From: an uncultured Clostridia bacterium
GTDB taxonomy: Bacteria; Bacillota; Clostridia; Christensenellales; Aristaeellaceae
Length of the DNA: 64,000 nucleotides
NCBI GenBank assembly: GCA_934631025.1
Contig: CAKTXR010000010.1
Span: 4,842 to 68,841, forward strand
Reading direction: 5' to 3'
In this document: piece after piece, positions 45,464 through 54,945 of the stretch
Numbering within the stretch: position 1 is the stretch's first letter
Layout of the letters: every line of letters begins with the position of its first letter
The notes under the pieces: generated by a model
The model's database searches: none
Seen by the model: only the letters and a program-made list of their open reading frames with translations
Told to the model about the DNA's origin: nothing
Program-made: the position numbers and the translations under genes

Positions 45464-46048
45464 TCAGCGCCGGGGCGCAATGATCTCATCAATCAGTCCA
45501 TAGTCGCGCGCTTCCTCAGCGGTGAGGAAGTGGTCGCGGTCGGTGTCCGCTTCGAGCACCTCGAGCGGCTTGCCGGTGTTTTTGGCGAGGATCTCGTTCA
45601 GCTTTTTCTTGATGCGCAGAATCTGCTCGGCGTGGATCGCGATGTCCGACGCCTGGCCCTGCGCGCCGCCGAGCGGCTGATGGATCATGATTTCCGCGTT
45701 GGGGAGTGCCTTGCGCTTGCCCTTCGCGCCCGCCGCGAGCAGGAACGCGCCCATCGACGCGGCCATACCCACGCACACCGTAGACACCTCGCAGCGCAGA
45801 TACTGCATCGTATCATAAATCGCCATGCCGGCCGTCACCGAGCCGCCGGGACTGTTGATATAGAACATGATGTCGGCGTCCGGGTCTTCCATTTCGAGGA
45901 AAAGCATCTGGGCGATGATGAGATTGGCGGAATCGTCGGTCACTTCGCCGCCCAGAAAGACAATGCGATCCTTCAGGAGGCGCGAAAAAATATCATACGA
46001 CCTCTCGCCTTTGCTTGTTTGTTCAACTACATAAGGAATCAGATTCAT
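45464..46048 (-). CDS. clpP: ATP-dependent Clp protease proteolytic subunit
   Basis: [12 protein letters not shown]...[11 protein letters not shown]...IMIHQPLGG carries the catalytic Ser/His context. Confidence 0.97.
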   Translation of the reverse strand: MNLIPYVVEQTSKGERSYDIFSRLLKDRIVFLGGEVTDDSANLIIAQMLFLEMEDPDADIMFYINSPGGSVTAGMAIYDTMQYLRCEVSTVCVGMAASMGAFLLAAGAKGKRKALPNAEIMIHQPLGGAQGQASDIAIHAEQILRIKKKLNEILAKNTGKPLEVLEADTDRDHFLTAEEARDYGLIDEIIAPRR

Positions 46049-46111
46049 TTCTTACGCACCTCCATCCACAATATGCGCATTTCTCTGCTTCTCTATTCCG
46101 TGTTTTCTTTA

Positions 46112-47404
46112 TTATTCGGCCTTGGCCGCCGCGCTGTCCTTGAGCAGCTCGACGGTCTTGCGCATCTTGACGGCCTCTTCGAAATACTTGCGGTCGTCGT
46201 CGGTCAGGGACGCCTTGAACTTCTCCGCGTCGCCGCTGGCCTGAGAGGCGTACTTGTCGATCTCCTCGTTGACGCTCGCTTCGTCGGCCTCAACGTTCTC
46301 GGCGTTGCGGATGGCTTCCAGCACCAGGCGCACCAGCACGTCGTGCTTGGCCTGATCCTTCAGCTGCTCGCGCAGGTTCTCCTCGGTGGTGCCGGTGTAC
46401 TTGAAGTAGGTCTGCATATCGATGCCCTGATAACGCATATTCATGCTGATCTCGCGGATGCGCTCGTCGATGCGGTCCTCGATCATGGCCTCGGGGATGT
46501 CGACCCTGGCGTTTTCGCACACGGCGTCCAGCACGGCGTTTTCAAACTCCGCGTCGTCGCGCTCGGCGGCCTTCTTCTGCAGGTCTTCCTTCGTGGCGGC
46601 CTTGTAGGCGTCCAGCGTGTCGTACTCGGAAACGTCCTTGGCGAACTCGTCGTCCAGCGCGGGCACGTCCTTCTCCTGAATGGCGGTCACGGTGCACTTG
46701 AAGGTGGCGGGCTTGCCCTTGAGGTTCTCGGCGTGATACTCCTCGGGGAAGGTCACGTTGACTTCAACTTCCTTGCCGATTTCAGCGCCGACCAGCTGAT
46801 CCTCGAAGCCGGGGATGAAGCTGCCCGAGCCGATGACCAGCTTGTAGCCCTCGGCGGTGCCGCCCTCAAACTGCTCGCCCTCGCAGAAGCCGGCGTAGTT
46901 GAGCGTCACCTGATCGTCCATCTTGACGGGGCGGTCGGTCACGTCGACATAGCGGGAAACGCGCTCGCGGGCGCGCTCGATCTCGGCGTTCACGTCGTCG
47001 TCGGTCACCTCGGTGGTGTGCCTGACGACTTCCACGCCCTTATACTGGCCCAGCTCGACGTCGGGCTTGACGAACACTTCGATATCGAAGATCAGCTCTT
47101 TGCCGGAGCCGATCTGTTCGAGATTGAACTCGGGGCGGTCGACGGGCGTGATATTGTGCTCCTTAACGGCCTCAGAATAGACCTTGGGGAAGATTTCGTC
47201 GATGGCATCCTCATAGAAGATGTTCTCGCCGTACATCATCTCAACCACCTTGCGGGGGGCCTTGCCGCGGCGGAAGCCCGGAACGTTGATCTTGCCGACG
47301 TTCTTTTTATAGGCGGCCTGCATGCCGGTTTCGAACAGTTCCGGCTCGACGACGAAATGGAGCTTGACCTTGTTGGAGCTGAGTTTCTCGATGGTAGACT
47401 TCAT
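46112..47404 (-). CDS. tig: trigger factor
   Basis: GFRRGKAP is the ribosome-binding motif. It has an FKBP-type middle domain and sits upstream of clpP and clpX. Confidence 0.95.
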   Translation of the reverse strand: MKSTIEKLSSNKVKLHFVVEPELFETGMQAAYKKNVGKINVPGFRRGKAPRKVVEMMYGENIFYEDAIDEIFPKVYSEAVKEHNITPVDRPEFNLEQIGSGKELIFDIEVFVKPDVELGQYKGVEVVRHTTEVTDDDVNAEIERARERVSRYVDVTDRPVKMDDQVTLNYAGFCEGEQFEGGTAEGYKLVIGSGSFIPGFEDQLVGAEIGKEVEVNVTFPEEYHAENLKGKPATFKCTVTAIQEKDVPALDDEFAKDVSEYDTLDAYKAATKEDLQKKAAERDDAEFENAVLDAVCENARVDIPEAMIEDRIDERIREISMNMRYQGIDMQTYFKYTGTTEENLREQLKDQAKHDVLVRLVLEAIRNAENVEADEASVNEEIDKYASQASGDAEKFKASLTDDDRKYFEEAVKMRKTVELLKDSAAAKAE

Positions 47405-47524
47405 AAAATCTATTCCTCCTGTGCCGCAGATGGACTGCGAAAGTTGAGCGTAATGAGTCTTAGCACATAGACACTTGCCAAGTTTAGCATATCATTTACA
47501 TTTTTTCAAGATTGACAGCGGCCC

Positions 47525-48298
47525 TCAATCGTTAAATGTTTCTTTCTTTTTCATGTTTTGCCGTCCTTCCGACCGTTTCTGGCGCTCGGAAAAGCGTCCG
47601 GCGATCAGATCCCACGGCGTGAGCATCCCATAGAGCCGGCCGTCCCGCGCGCCGCCCTCGGTGAGAAACACCGCCGCCACGCGCTTTCTGCGCTCCCGCC
47701 CCTTCGTCTCGAACGCGCGGCAGGCCTCGGGCAGCGACGCGTCCGCATCGACAAAGCGGAACTGCTCGCACAGATGGCGCTCGGGCGGCAGCAGCGGCAG
47801 AAGATCCTCGACGCGCGCGTCCTCGTCCAGCGCGAAGCGGTCCGCGCGGATGGCCGCCGAGAATATCGTGCTGACGCTGAACACGCCCTCCACGCGCCCG
47901 CGCCGCAGCACGGGGACGTGCGAAAAGCCCCTCTCCTCCATGCGGCGCATCAGATCGAGCACATAATCCTCCATGCGCGCGGTCAGCAGATGTTCGAGCG
48001 GCGTGGCGTATTCGGCGGCGGAACGCGGGCTTTCGATCGCCGAAACGATCTCGCGCAGGCTGTCCACAACCGCGTCCGAGGGCATGACGACCGGCTCGCC
48101 GTCCAGATCGGCGTTGTGCGTCATGACGTTGCGAATTTCGCGGCAGAGATTGAGCCGCTCGCGATAAGGCTCGCCCTCGGCCGAGTTCATGAACTCGACG
48201 ACCACGCTGCCGCGGTGCGTTTCGCCCGCGCCGAGCTTCGCTTCGAGCAAATCCTCGAGCCGCTTATACAGATTCAGGAATTCATAGGCTTCGTTCAT
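47525..48298 (-). CDS. CBS domain-containing protein
   Basis: The C-terminal CBS pair includes VLDLMRRMEERGFSHVPVL and RLYGMLTPWDL. The SD before ATG 48298 is weak, so the start is uncertain. Confidence 0.65.
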   Translation of the reverse strand: MNEAYEFLNLYKRLEDLLEAKLGAGETHRGSVVVEFMNSAEGEPYRERLNLCREIRNVMTHNADLDGEPVVMPSDAVVDSLREIVSAIESPRSAAEYATPLEHLLTARMEDYVLDLMRRMEERGFSHVPVLRRGRVEGVFSVSTIFSAAIRADRFALDEDARVEDLLPLLPPERHLCEQFRFVDADASLPEACRAFETKGRERRKRVAAVFLTEGGARDGRLYGMLTPWDLIAGRFSERQKRSEGRQNMKKKETFND

Positions 48299-48413
48299 GG
48301 CGTTTTTTGCGCTCCGTCCGTTCTCTTTGGATTTTCTCCTTCCTATCCTACACCAAATCGCCGCTTTTGAACAGCCCCCTTTCGCACTTTTTTTCATTTA
48401 TATGAGCATGATC

Positions 48414-49217
48414 TCACGCGCCCAGCGAATCCAGCCAGAATATGTGTGCGACGCGCAGCCGTATAAACGCGTCCTTCACGCGGCTGGAAAACAGCGTGTC
48501 GCCCAGCGCGCCGTACTCGCCCGCCAGCTTTTCCAGCACGGTCACGGCGTATCCGGCCATATCCTGAAGCGGCGCGCACACTGTTTCGTCGCCCTCGCCC
48601 GCCGCCGCCTTGAAATCCGACAGCGCGCCGTCCAGCAGCGACGCGGCCTCCTCGACCGCCGATGTGATCTGAGAGCGCGGCGTTTCCCCGTCGTCCGCAG
48701 CCAGCGAGAGCGCGCCCAGCAGCGTCTCGGTTTCCCGCAGGCGGCGCTCGCAGGCGATCAGCGCGTCGATCTGCGAGGGCGCGGCCGTGACGTATATGCT
48801 CACCTTATCGGCGACCAGCCCCAGCACGTCGCAGGCGATGTTCTCCTCGGCGCGCAGCCGGTCGCGCACCGTTTTCGCCTGCGCTTCCGTTTCATAGCCC
48901 GCGCACAGGATGTGCCACGTTTCTTCCTGTAGCATATACCCCGCCGCGCCGCGCGGAATGTAGCGCGCCGCCTCCACGCGCGCCGTCTCCTCAGAATCGC
49001 ACACGGCCGTGCGCACCGCGTGAATCTCAAGGCCGTCAAAGGAAACCTCCCGCCGCACGCGTTCCTCGTCCCGCGCGTCCAGTATCGCCTGCACGGGGTC
49101 GCCGCGCAGAGCGATCATATAAAGGTAAGCGCACAGCGTTATGAGCAGCAGAACCACCGCCCGCCGAACCGCGGGCCGCCGCCTGCGCACGCGCACCATT
49201 CTCGTTTTCACACGCAA
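48414..49217 (-). CDS. hypothetical membrane-anchored protein, possible SPOR-like domain
   Basis: An Arg-rich N-terminus is followed by the TM helix AVVLLLITLCAYLYMIAL. The segment HAVRTAVCDSEETARVEAARY...WHILCAGYETEAQAKTVRDRL resembles a SPOR fold pattern. Confidence 0.5.
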   Translation of the reverse strand: MRVKTRMVRVRRRRPAVRRAVVLLLITLCAYLYMIALRGDPVQAILDARDEERVRREVSFDGLEIHAVRTAVCDSEETARVEAARYIPRGAAGYMLQEETWHILCAGYETEAQAKTVRDRLRAEENIACDVLGLVADKVSIYVTAAPSQIDALIACERRLRETETLLGALSLAADDGETPRSQITSAVEEAASLLDGALSDFKAAAGEGDETVCAPLQDMAGYAVTVLEKLAGEYGALGDTLFSSRVKDAFIRLRVAHIFWLDSLGA

Positions 49218-49304
49218 TCCCCTCCCTTTCCGCGCCGATTCTCTGTCATCCTATGAAAAGAAGGGCGGCGGGATGTTAAAAGACGGCTTGTCAAGAGAAA
49301 AGGC

Positions 49305-49333
49305 TTGACAGGAAGGGCACGCTCTGGTATACT
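49305..49333 (+). promoter_or_regulatory. sigma-A promoter of ylxM-ffh
   Basis: TTGACA (49305-49310), a 17-nt spacer, then TATACT (49328-49333). Confidence 0.6.
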
Positions 49334-49395
49334 GTGTCATGTCAAGTTGAACGGCTTGACTTCATGCAAACTGACGCTCATGGGAGGCGAACGGC

Positions 49396-49746
49396 TTGGA
49401 AAAACGCGTCGAGCTGTCGCTGCTCATGGATTTTTACGGCCCGCTGCTCACCGAGAAACGGCGCGACGTGATGCGCCTTTACTGCGACGAGGACATGGGC
49501 CTTCAGGAAATCGCGGATCGGCTGGAGATCAGCCGGCAGGGCGTGTACGACGCGGTCAAGACCGCCGCCGCCGCGCTCGAGCACTACGAAGAGGTGCTGG
49601 GGCTGGCCGACCGCTATCTGCGTATCGGCAGGGAAATCAAAACCTGCCGCGAGCTGCTCTCCTCCGTCAAAGCGGAGCCGGGCAGCGAGAGGGCGCTTTC
49701 AGACGCGATGAGCGCTCTGGAGAGAATCAACGGAATCGAGAGGTGA
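49396..49746 (+). CDS. ylxM: YlxM family DNA-binding protein (UPF0122)
   Basis: LLMDFYGPLLTEKRRDVMRLYCDEDMGLQEIADRLEISRQGVYD is present. The start is TTG, 8 nt after GGGAGG. It lies immediately upstream of ffh. Confidence 0.85.
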   Translation: MEKRVELSLLMDFYGPLLTEKRRDVMRLYCDEDMGLQEIADRLEISRQGVYDAVKTAAAALEHYEEVLGLADRYLRIGREIKTCRELLSSVKAEPGSERALSDAMSALERINGIER

Positions 49747-49755
49747 AACGCCGAC

Positions 49756-51099
49756 ATGGCCTTTGAAGGACTGACCAACAAACTGACCGCCGCCTTCGGC
49801 AAGCTGCGCGGCAAGGGCAAGCTGAGCGAAGCCGACGTCAAGGCGGCGATGCGCGAGATCCGCATGGCTCTGCTGGAAGCCGACGTAAACTACGCCGCCG
49901 TGAAGGATTTCGTCAAAAGGGTGACGGAAAAGGCCGTCGGCAGCGAAATTCTCGAGAGCCTGACTCCCGGCCAGCAGGTCATCAAGATCGTCAACGACGA
50001 GCTGACCGAGCTGATCGGCGGCTCGAACGCCCGCCTGACCTATTCTCCGCAGGCCCCCACCGTGTATATGCTCTGCGGCCTTCAGGGCGCGGGCAAAACC
50101 ACCATGGCCGGCAAGCTCTCCGGCCTGCTCAAGAAGCAGGGCAAAAAGCCGCTGCTCGTCGCCTGCGACGTGTACCGCCCCGCCGCCATCCGCCAGCTGC
50201 AGGTGGTCGGCTCGCAGGTGGGCGTGGAGGTGTTTGAAAAGGGGCAGATCAACCCGGTGGACATCGCGAAGGAAGCCATCGAGCACGCCCGCTATTACGG
50301 CTTTGATCCCGTAATCCTCGATACCGCCGGCCGGCTGCACATCGACGAGGCGCTCATGCAGGAGCTGCGCGACGTGCGCGACACCGTCCGCCCGCAGGAG
50401 ATCCTGCTGGTGGTCGACGCGATGACCGGTCAGGACGCGGTGAACGTCGCCGACACGTTCAATAAAAATCTGGGCGTGGACGGCGTGATCCTCACCAAGC
50501 TGGACGGCGACACCCGCGGCGGCGCGGCCATATCGGTCAAGGCCGTCACCGGCAAGCCGATCAAGTTCTGCGGCACGGGCGAAAAGCTCACCGACATCGA
50601 GCCGTTCTACCCCGACCGCATGGCCAGCCGAATCCTCGGCATGGGCGACGTGCTGAGCCTGATCGAAAAGGCGCAGGACAGCTTCGACGAAAAGAGCGCG
50701 CGCGATCTGGAGCACAAGCTGCGCACATCGCGCTTCACCCTTGAGGACTACCTCGAGCAGATGAGCCAGCTGGGCAAGATGGGCTCGATCACCGATATGC
50801 TCAAGATGATTCCCGGCATGGGCAGCAAGCTAAGCGGCGTGGACATCGACGAGGACAAGGTTAAAAAGGCGCAGGCGAAAAACTGCGCAATCATTCAGTC
50901 CATGACGCGCATGGAGCGCCGCAATCCCGACATCCTCAACGCCAGCCGCCGCCGCCGCATCGCCGCGGGCAGCGGAGCTACGGTGCAGGAGGTCAATCAG
51001 CTCATCAAGCAGTTCGAGGCCACGCGCGACATGATGAAGCAGGTCATGGGCGGCGGCCGGAAGGGCCGTATGCGCTTCCCCGGCTTCAAGGGAATGTAA
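49756..51099 (+). CDS. ffh: signal recognition particle protein
   Basis: GLQGAGKTT, DTAGR and TKLDGD GTPase motifs are present, with a Met-rich M domain. Confidence 0.97.
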   Translation: MAFEGLTNKLTAAFGKLRGKGKLSEADVKAAMREIRMALLEADVNYAAVKDFVKRVTEKAVGSEILESLTPGQQVIKIVNDELTELIGGSNARLTYSPQAPTVYMLCGLQGAGKTTMAGKLSGLLKKQGKKPLLVACDVYRPAAIRQLQVVGSQVGVEVFEKGQINPVDIAKEAIEHARYYGFDPVILDTAGRLHIDEALMQELRDVRDTVRPQEILLVVDAMTGQDAVNVADTFNKNLGVDGVILTKLDGDTRGGAAISVKAVTGKPIKFCGTGEKLTDIEPFYPDRMASRILGMGDVLSLIEKAQDSFDEKSARDLEHKLRTSRFTLEDYLEQMSQLGKMGSITDMLKMIPGMGSKLSGVDIDEDKVKKAQAKNCAIIQSMTRMERRNPDILNASRRRRIAAGSGATVQEVNQLIKQFEATRDMMKQVMGGGRKGRMRFPGFKGM

Positions 51100-51174
51100 T
51101 CCGTCAACCGCAGAATCAAGAATGAAAATTCTTTATTCAAATATTCTTTAACAACAACAGGGAGGAACAAAACC

Positions 51175-51414
51175 ATGGTCAAGATCCGCATGAAGAGAAT
51201 GGGCATGAAGAAGGAGCCCTTCTACCGCATCGTCGTCACCGACAGCCGCAACGCCCGCGACAGCCGCGCCATCGAGGAGATCGGCTATTACAACCCCGTT
51301 TCCGAGCCGGTCGAGCTGAAGATCGACGAGGAGCGCGCCAAGTACTGGCTGGGCGTGGGCGCTCAGCCCTCCGACACCTGCCGCGGCCTGCTCAAGAAGT
51401 GCGGCGTGCTCTGA
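51175..51414 (+). CDS. rpsP: 30S ribosomal protein S16
   Basis: [21 protein letters not shown]... is present. A GGGAGGAA SD precedes the start. Confidence 0.95.
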   Translation: MVKIRMKRMGMKKEPFYRIVVTDSRNARDSRAIEEIGYYNPVSEPVELKIDEERAKYWLGVGAQPSDTCRGLLKKCGVL

Positions 51415-51441
51415 TTTTAGAGCCGCTGGAGGTTTACAGTT

Positions 51442-51669
51442 ATGCTTGAACTCATCAAGTACATCGCTCAGTCGCTTGTCGAGAACCCCGATCAGGTCGA
51501 GGTCATCGAGAAGGACGGGCCGGAATCCACCGTCTACGAGCTGCACGTCGCGCCGGACGATATGGGCAAGGTCATCGGCCGTCAGGGCCGCATCGCCAAG
51601 GCCATCCGCACCGTCGTGAAGGCGGCCACCGCCAAGAACGAGAAGCCGGTTTTCGTCGAGATCGTCTGA
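51442..51669 (+). CDS. khpA: KH domain-containing RNA-binding protein (KhpA/YlqC-like)
   Basis: GKVIGRQGRIAKAIRTV is a KH GxxG motif. The gene follows rpsP. Confidence 0.85.
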   Translation: MLELIKYIAQSLVENPDQVEVIEKDGPESTVYELHVAPDDMGKVIGRQGRIAKAIRTVVKAATAKNEKPVFVEIV

Positions 51670-51680
51670 GAGAGCATCGG

Positions 51681-51712
51681 GCCGTCGCCGCGTCATGTGG
51701 CGGCGGCTTTTT
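51681..51712 (+). terminator. intrinsic terminator after khpA
   Basis: GCCGUCGCC...GGCGGCGGC forms a 9-bp stem followed by U5. Confidence 0.7.
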
Positions 51713-51838
51713 CATGCCGCGAATTTGCGCGTCTGAAGAGGATTTCACCGCCCCTGCGGCGAATAGATGAAGTTGAACTGTACTTCCCCGCGCGTCGGGA
51801 TAAAAAAGAGAAAACAGTCAACTCAGGAGGAAACAGAT

Positions 51839-52603
51839 ATGCAGGTCGTTACTTTTAATCTGCGCTGCGACAACGATTACGACGCGGAAAACCGCTGGCA
51901 GTTCCGCAAGGGGCTTGTGCTGGACAAGATCGACGCGGAAAAGCCCGATATTATGGGCTTTCAGGAGGTCACCGTCTGCATGGCGGCGTTCCTCAAGCGC
52001 TATCTTTTCGATTATACCTTCGTCGGCTGCGGCCGCGACGCGGATTACGGCGGAGAAAACAACATGATCGCCTTCCGCCGCGATAAATTTGAGCTGATGT
52101 TCCTCGAGACGTTCTGGCTCTCCCCCACGCCCGACGTGCCCGGCTCGCGCTATGCCGACCAGTCGCCCTGCCCGCGCGTCTGCACGCACGTCATCCTGCG
52201 CCCCTTAAGCGGCGAGAAGATGTTCCACTATTACAACACGCATCTCGACCATGTGAGCGACCATGCGCGCGTGCTGGGCGCAGGCGCTCTGATGCGCCAC
52301 ATCGCCGAGGATCTCAAGCGCCATGATCTGCCCGTCATCGTGACCGGCGACATGAACGCCTTCCCGGACAGCGAGCCGATCGCAGTGTTTTTGACCGACA
52401 AGACTGTGCCGCTGGTCAATCAGACGCCGTCCTTCCCCGCCTCCTGGCACGCCTATGGCGAGCGGATGGACGAGCCGCAGATCGACTACATCTTCACGCG
52501 CGGCTTCAAGGCGACCGCCGAGCCGACCGCCTGGGACGACAGGCCCTTCGGCAAGTATCTGTCCGACCACGAGGCTCTGTGCGCCTTTTTGAAGGCCGAA
52601 TAA
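51839..52603 (+). CDS. endonuclease/exonuclease/phosphatase (EEP) family protein
   Basis: MQVVTFNLRC...GFQEV...VTGDMNA...SDHEAL are present. An AGGAGGAA SD precedes ATG 51839. Confidence 0.8.
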   Translation: MQVVTFNLRCDNDYDAENRWQFRKGLVLDKIDAEKPDIMGFQEVTVCMAAFLKRYLFDYTFVGCGRDADYGGENNMIAFRRDKFELMFLETFWLSPTPDVPGSRYADQSPCPRVCTHVILRPLSGEKMFHYYNTHLDHVSDHARVLGAGALMRHIAEDLKRHDLPVIVTGDMNAFPDSEPIAVFLTDKTVPLVNQTPSFPASWHAYGERMDEPQIDYIFTRGFKATAEPTAWDDRPFGKYLSDHEALCAFLKAE

Positions 52604-52636
52604 CCCCATCATTTCACCGAAAGCGAGGAAAACGCC

Positions 52637-53164
52637 ATGCTGAGCACTCATCTGATGATCGGCGAAATCACCCGTCCGCAGGGCATCCGCGGCGAGGTCA
52701 AGGTGCGCCCCGCCACCTGCGATCCCGATCGCTTCTACGACATGGATCACGTCTTTTTCAAGCGCGGCGACGCGTATGTCGAGCAGAAGATTCACGTCAA
52801 TCGCGTCGAGCCGGACGCGGTGTACATGACCTTCGACGGCGTAAACGACCGCACGCAGGCCGAGAAGCTGCGCGGCGAGTTTCTGTATATCGACCGCGAG
52901 CACAGCGTCGAGCTGCCCGAGGACGCGAACTTCATCTGCGATCTGATCGGCTGCGAGGGCAGCGATACGAACGGGCGCAGGCTGGGCAGGCTGGTGGACG
53001 TGATGCAGCCCGGCGGCAACGACGTGTACGTCTTTAACGGCCCGCTCGGCGAGGTGCTCGTGCCCGCGCTCAAGAGCGTCGTGCATGAGGTGTGCGTCGA
53101 GGAAAAGCGCATCGTGTTCGACGCGGTTCGCCTGAACGAGGTGGCTGTGTTCAATGAAGATTAA
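52637..53164 (+). CDS. rimM: ribosome maturation factor RimM
   Basis: GEITRPQGIRGEVKV (PRC barrel) is present, and the gene position is conserved. Confidence 0.9.
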   Translation: MLSTHLMIGEITRPQGIRGEVKVRPATCDPDRFYDMDHVFFKRGDAYVEQKIHVNRVEPDAVYMTFDGVNDRTQAEKLRGEFLYIDREHSVELPEDANFICDLIGCEGSDTNGRRLGRLVDVMQPGGNDVYVFNGPLGEVLVPALKSVVHEVCVEEKRIVFDAVRLNEVAVFNED

Positions 53165-53897
53165 GGTGCTGACCATATTCCCCGAGATGCTGCGCCCCAT
53201 GCTGGAAGCAAGCATACTGGGCCGCGCCATCGAGGAAGGGCTGATCGAGGTCGAGCTGATCGACATCCGGCCGTTCTCCGAGCTGAAGCACAAAAACACC
53301 GACGATTATCCCTTCGGCGGCGGGCCGGGCATGGTCATGCTCGCGCAGCCCATCGTGGACGCGGTCGAGGCCTGCACGAAGGACGGCTTTCACGGAAAGC
53401 GGCTCTATCTCTCCCCGCGCGGCCGCACGTTCGATCAGAGCATGGCCGAGGAGCTGGCCAAAGACGGCGAACTGCTGCTGCTCTGCGGCCACTACGAGGG
53501 CGTGGATCAGCGGGCGATTGATCTGGTGATCGACGAGGAGGTCTCCATCGGCGATTATGTGCTCACCGGCGGCGAGCTGGGCGCGCTGGTCATCATTGAC
53601 GCGGTGTCGCGGCTCATTCCCGGCGTGCTGGGCAGCGACGAGTCCAGCCAGGACGAGAGCTTTTCCTCCGGCCTGCTGGAATACCCGCAGTACACCCGCC
53701 CCCGCGAATACCGCGGCCTGGCCGTGCCCGACGTGCTGCTCAGCGGCGACCACGCCAAAATCAACCGCTGGCGGCGCGACCGCGCGCTCGAGCTGACGTG
53801 GCGGCGGCGGCCGGAAATGCTCAAAAGCGTCGAGCTGGACAAAAAGGACAGGCTGTTCATGCAGCGCCTGACCGAAAGCGAACCCGCTCAGGAGTGA
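53154..53897 (+). CDS. trmD: tRNA (guanosine(37)-N1)-methyltransferase TrmD
   Basis: DDYPFGGGPGMVM...LLCGHYEGVDQR...SIGDYVLTGGE are present. Confidence 0.95.
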   Translation: MKIKVLTIFPEMLRPMLEASILGRAIEEGLIEVELIDIRPFSELKHKNTDDYPFGGGPGMVMLAQPIVDAVEACTKDGFHGKRLYLSPRGRTFDQSMAEELAKDGELLLLCGHYEGVDQRAIDLVIDEEVSIGDYVLTGGELGALVIIDAVSRLIPGVLGSDESSQDESFSSGLLEYPQYTRPREYRGLAVPDVLLSGDHAKINRWRRDRALELTWRRRPEMLKSVELDKKDRLFMQRLTESEPAQE

Positions 53898-54002
53898 ATC
53901 CTTCCATTATATAGGACGGGCCGCCGCGTCATGGGCGCGCCCCGAAGCCCTTCCCCGCGGCGGCGGTCGGCGCTTCTCCCGCGAATTTTACATTAAGTTT
54001 GC

Positions 54003-54031
54003 TTGTCCGGCGCGCGGGTCTGTGGTATAAT
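54003..54031 (+). promoter_or_regulatory. candidate promoter of rplS with extended -10
   Basis: TTGTCC (54003-54008), a 17-nt spacer, then TGgTATAAT (-10 hexamer at 54026-54031). Confidence 0.45.
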
Positions 54032-54110
54032 ATTGCTGTTAATCGGGCGGTCCTCTGTCTGTACACAGCGTACTGGATACGAACGTCCTGGAGGAAAGGA
54101 GGATATTCCC

Positions 54111-54452
54111 ATGAATGAGATCATCCGTTCCATCGAGAACGCCCAGCTGCGTTCCGATATTCCCGAGTTTGCCGTCGGCGATACCGTTCGCGTCGAAGTG
54201 AAGGTTGTTGAAGGCACTCGCGAGCGTCTGCAGGCGTTCGAAGGCGTGGTTATTGCCCGCCGCAACGGCTCTGTCCGCGAAACGTTCACCGTTCGCCGCA
54301 CTTCCTACGGCGTCGGCGTCGAGCGTACTTTCCCGCTGCACTCTCCGCGCGTGGACTCCATTACCGTTGTCCGTCGCGGTAAGGTTCGCCGCGCCAAGCT
54401 GTATTACCTGCGCAATCTCAGCGGTAAGGCAGCCAAGGTTAAGGAGAAGTAA
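54111..54452 (+). CDS. rplS: 50S ribosomal protein L19
   Basis: [29 protein letters not shown] is present. An AAAGGAGGA SD precedes ATG 54111. The track start at 54003 is a leader extension. Confidence 0.95.
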   Translation: MNEIIRSIENAQLRSDIPEFAVGDTVRVEVKVVEGTRERLQAFEGVVIARRNGSVRETFTVRRTSYGVGVERTFPLHSPRVDSITVVRRGKVRRAKLYYLRNLSGKAAKVKEK

Positions 54453-54462
54453 TTCTCGAACA

Positions 54463-54493
54463 AAAGACCGCGTCCGCGCGGTCTTTGTTTTTT
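54463..54493 (+). terminator. rplS intrinsic terminator
   Basis: AAAGACCGCG...CGCGGUCUUU is followed by GUUUUUUAUU. Confidence 0.8.
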
Positions 54494-54575
54494 ATTCAAT
54501 GCTTTTGCGTCCGCGCGGCGCATGGGGATGTTCGGGCAGCGCCGCCTGTCTCCCCGCCCCTGCCGCGCCGCAGGA

Positions 54576-54945
54576 GCGAATTGATTCGCGCAGAAGGCTC
54601 CATATGCGGCGACGGGAATCTGCACTGTGCCGATGGGCTTTCGTACCGGCTCGAGTGAACGCCGCATCGCCGGTGCGTTTCTGCGTTCATCGGGCGAATT
54701 TGTCTGCGGAAACCCATGATCATATCGGCAATAATGCGCATCATGTAAGCAGGCTTCGTACTGACTGACCGAATGCGGCTTTGCCGGTGAGCTTCTGCGC
54801 TTATCAGACGAATTTGCGTGCCTGAAACCCTTGGCTATATCGTCGAAAATGTGTGTCATGCAAGCAGGCTCCGTACTGACCGAGCGGACGCGGCTTTGTC
54901 GATGAGCTTCTGCGTTCATCAAGCGAATTTGCGCGCTGTCCCGCC
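54576..54945 (+). repeat. degenerate ~115-nt tandem repeat array (about 3.3 units), apparently non-coding
   Basis: GGCTT(T)CGTAC occurs at 54636, 54752 and 54867. TTCTGCG.T.ATC...CGAATTTG occurs at 54679, 54793 and 54908. A truncated palindromic version, GCGAATTGATTCGC, lies at 54576-54589. Confidence 0.85.

Noticed and set aside
53898-54110. An L19 autoregulatory leader upstream of rplS.
   Set aside because: A CCUC-containing segment (about 54048-54056) could pair with the SD region. I cannot match it to the Bacilli L19-leader consensus from memory, so it is left as an untested possibility rather than a feature.
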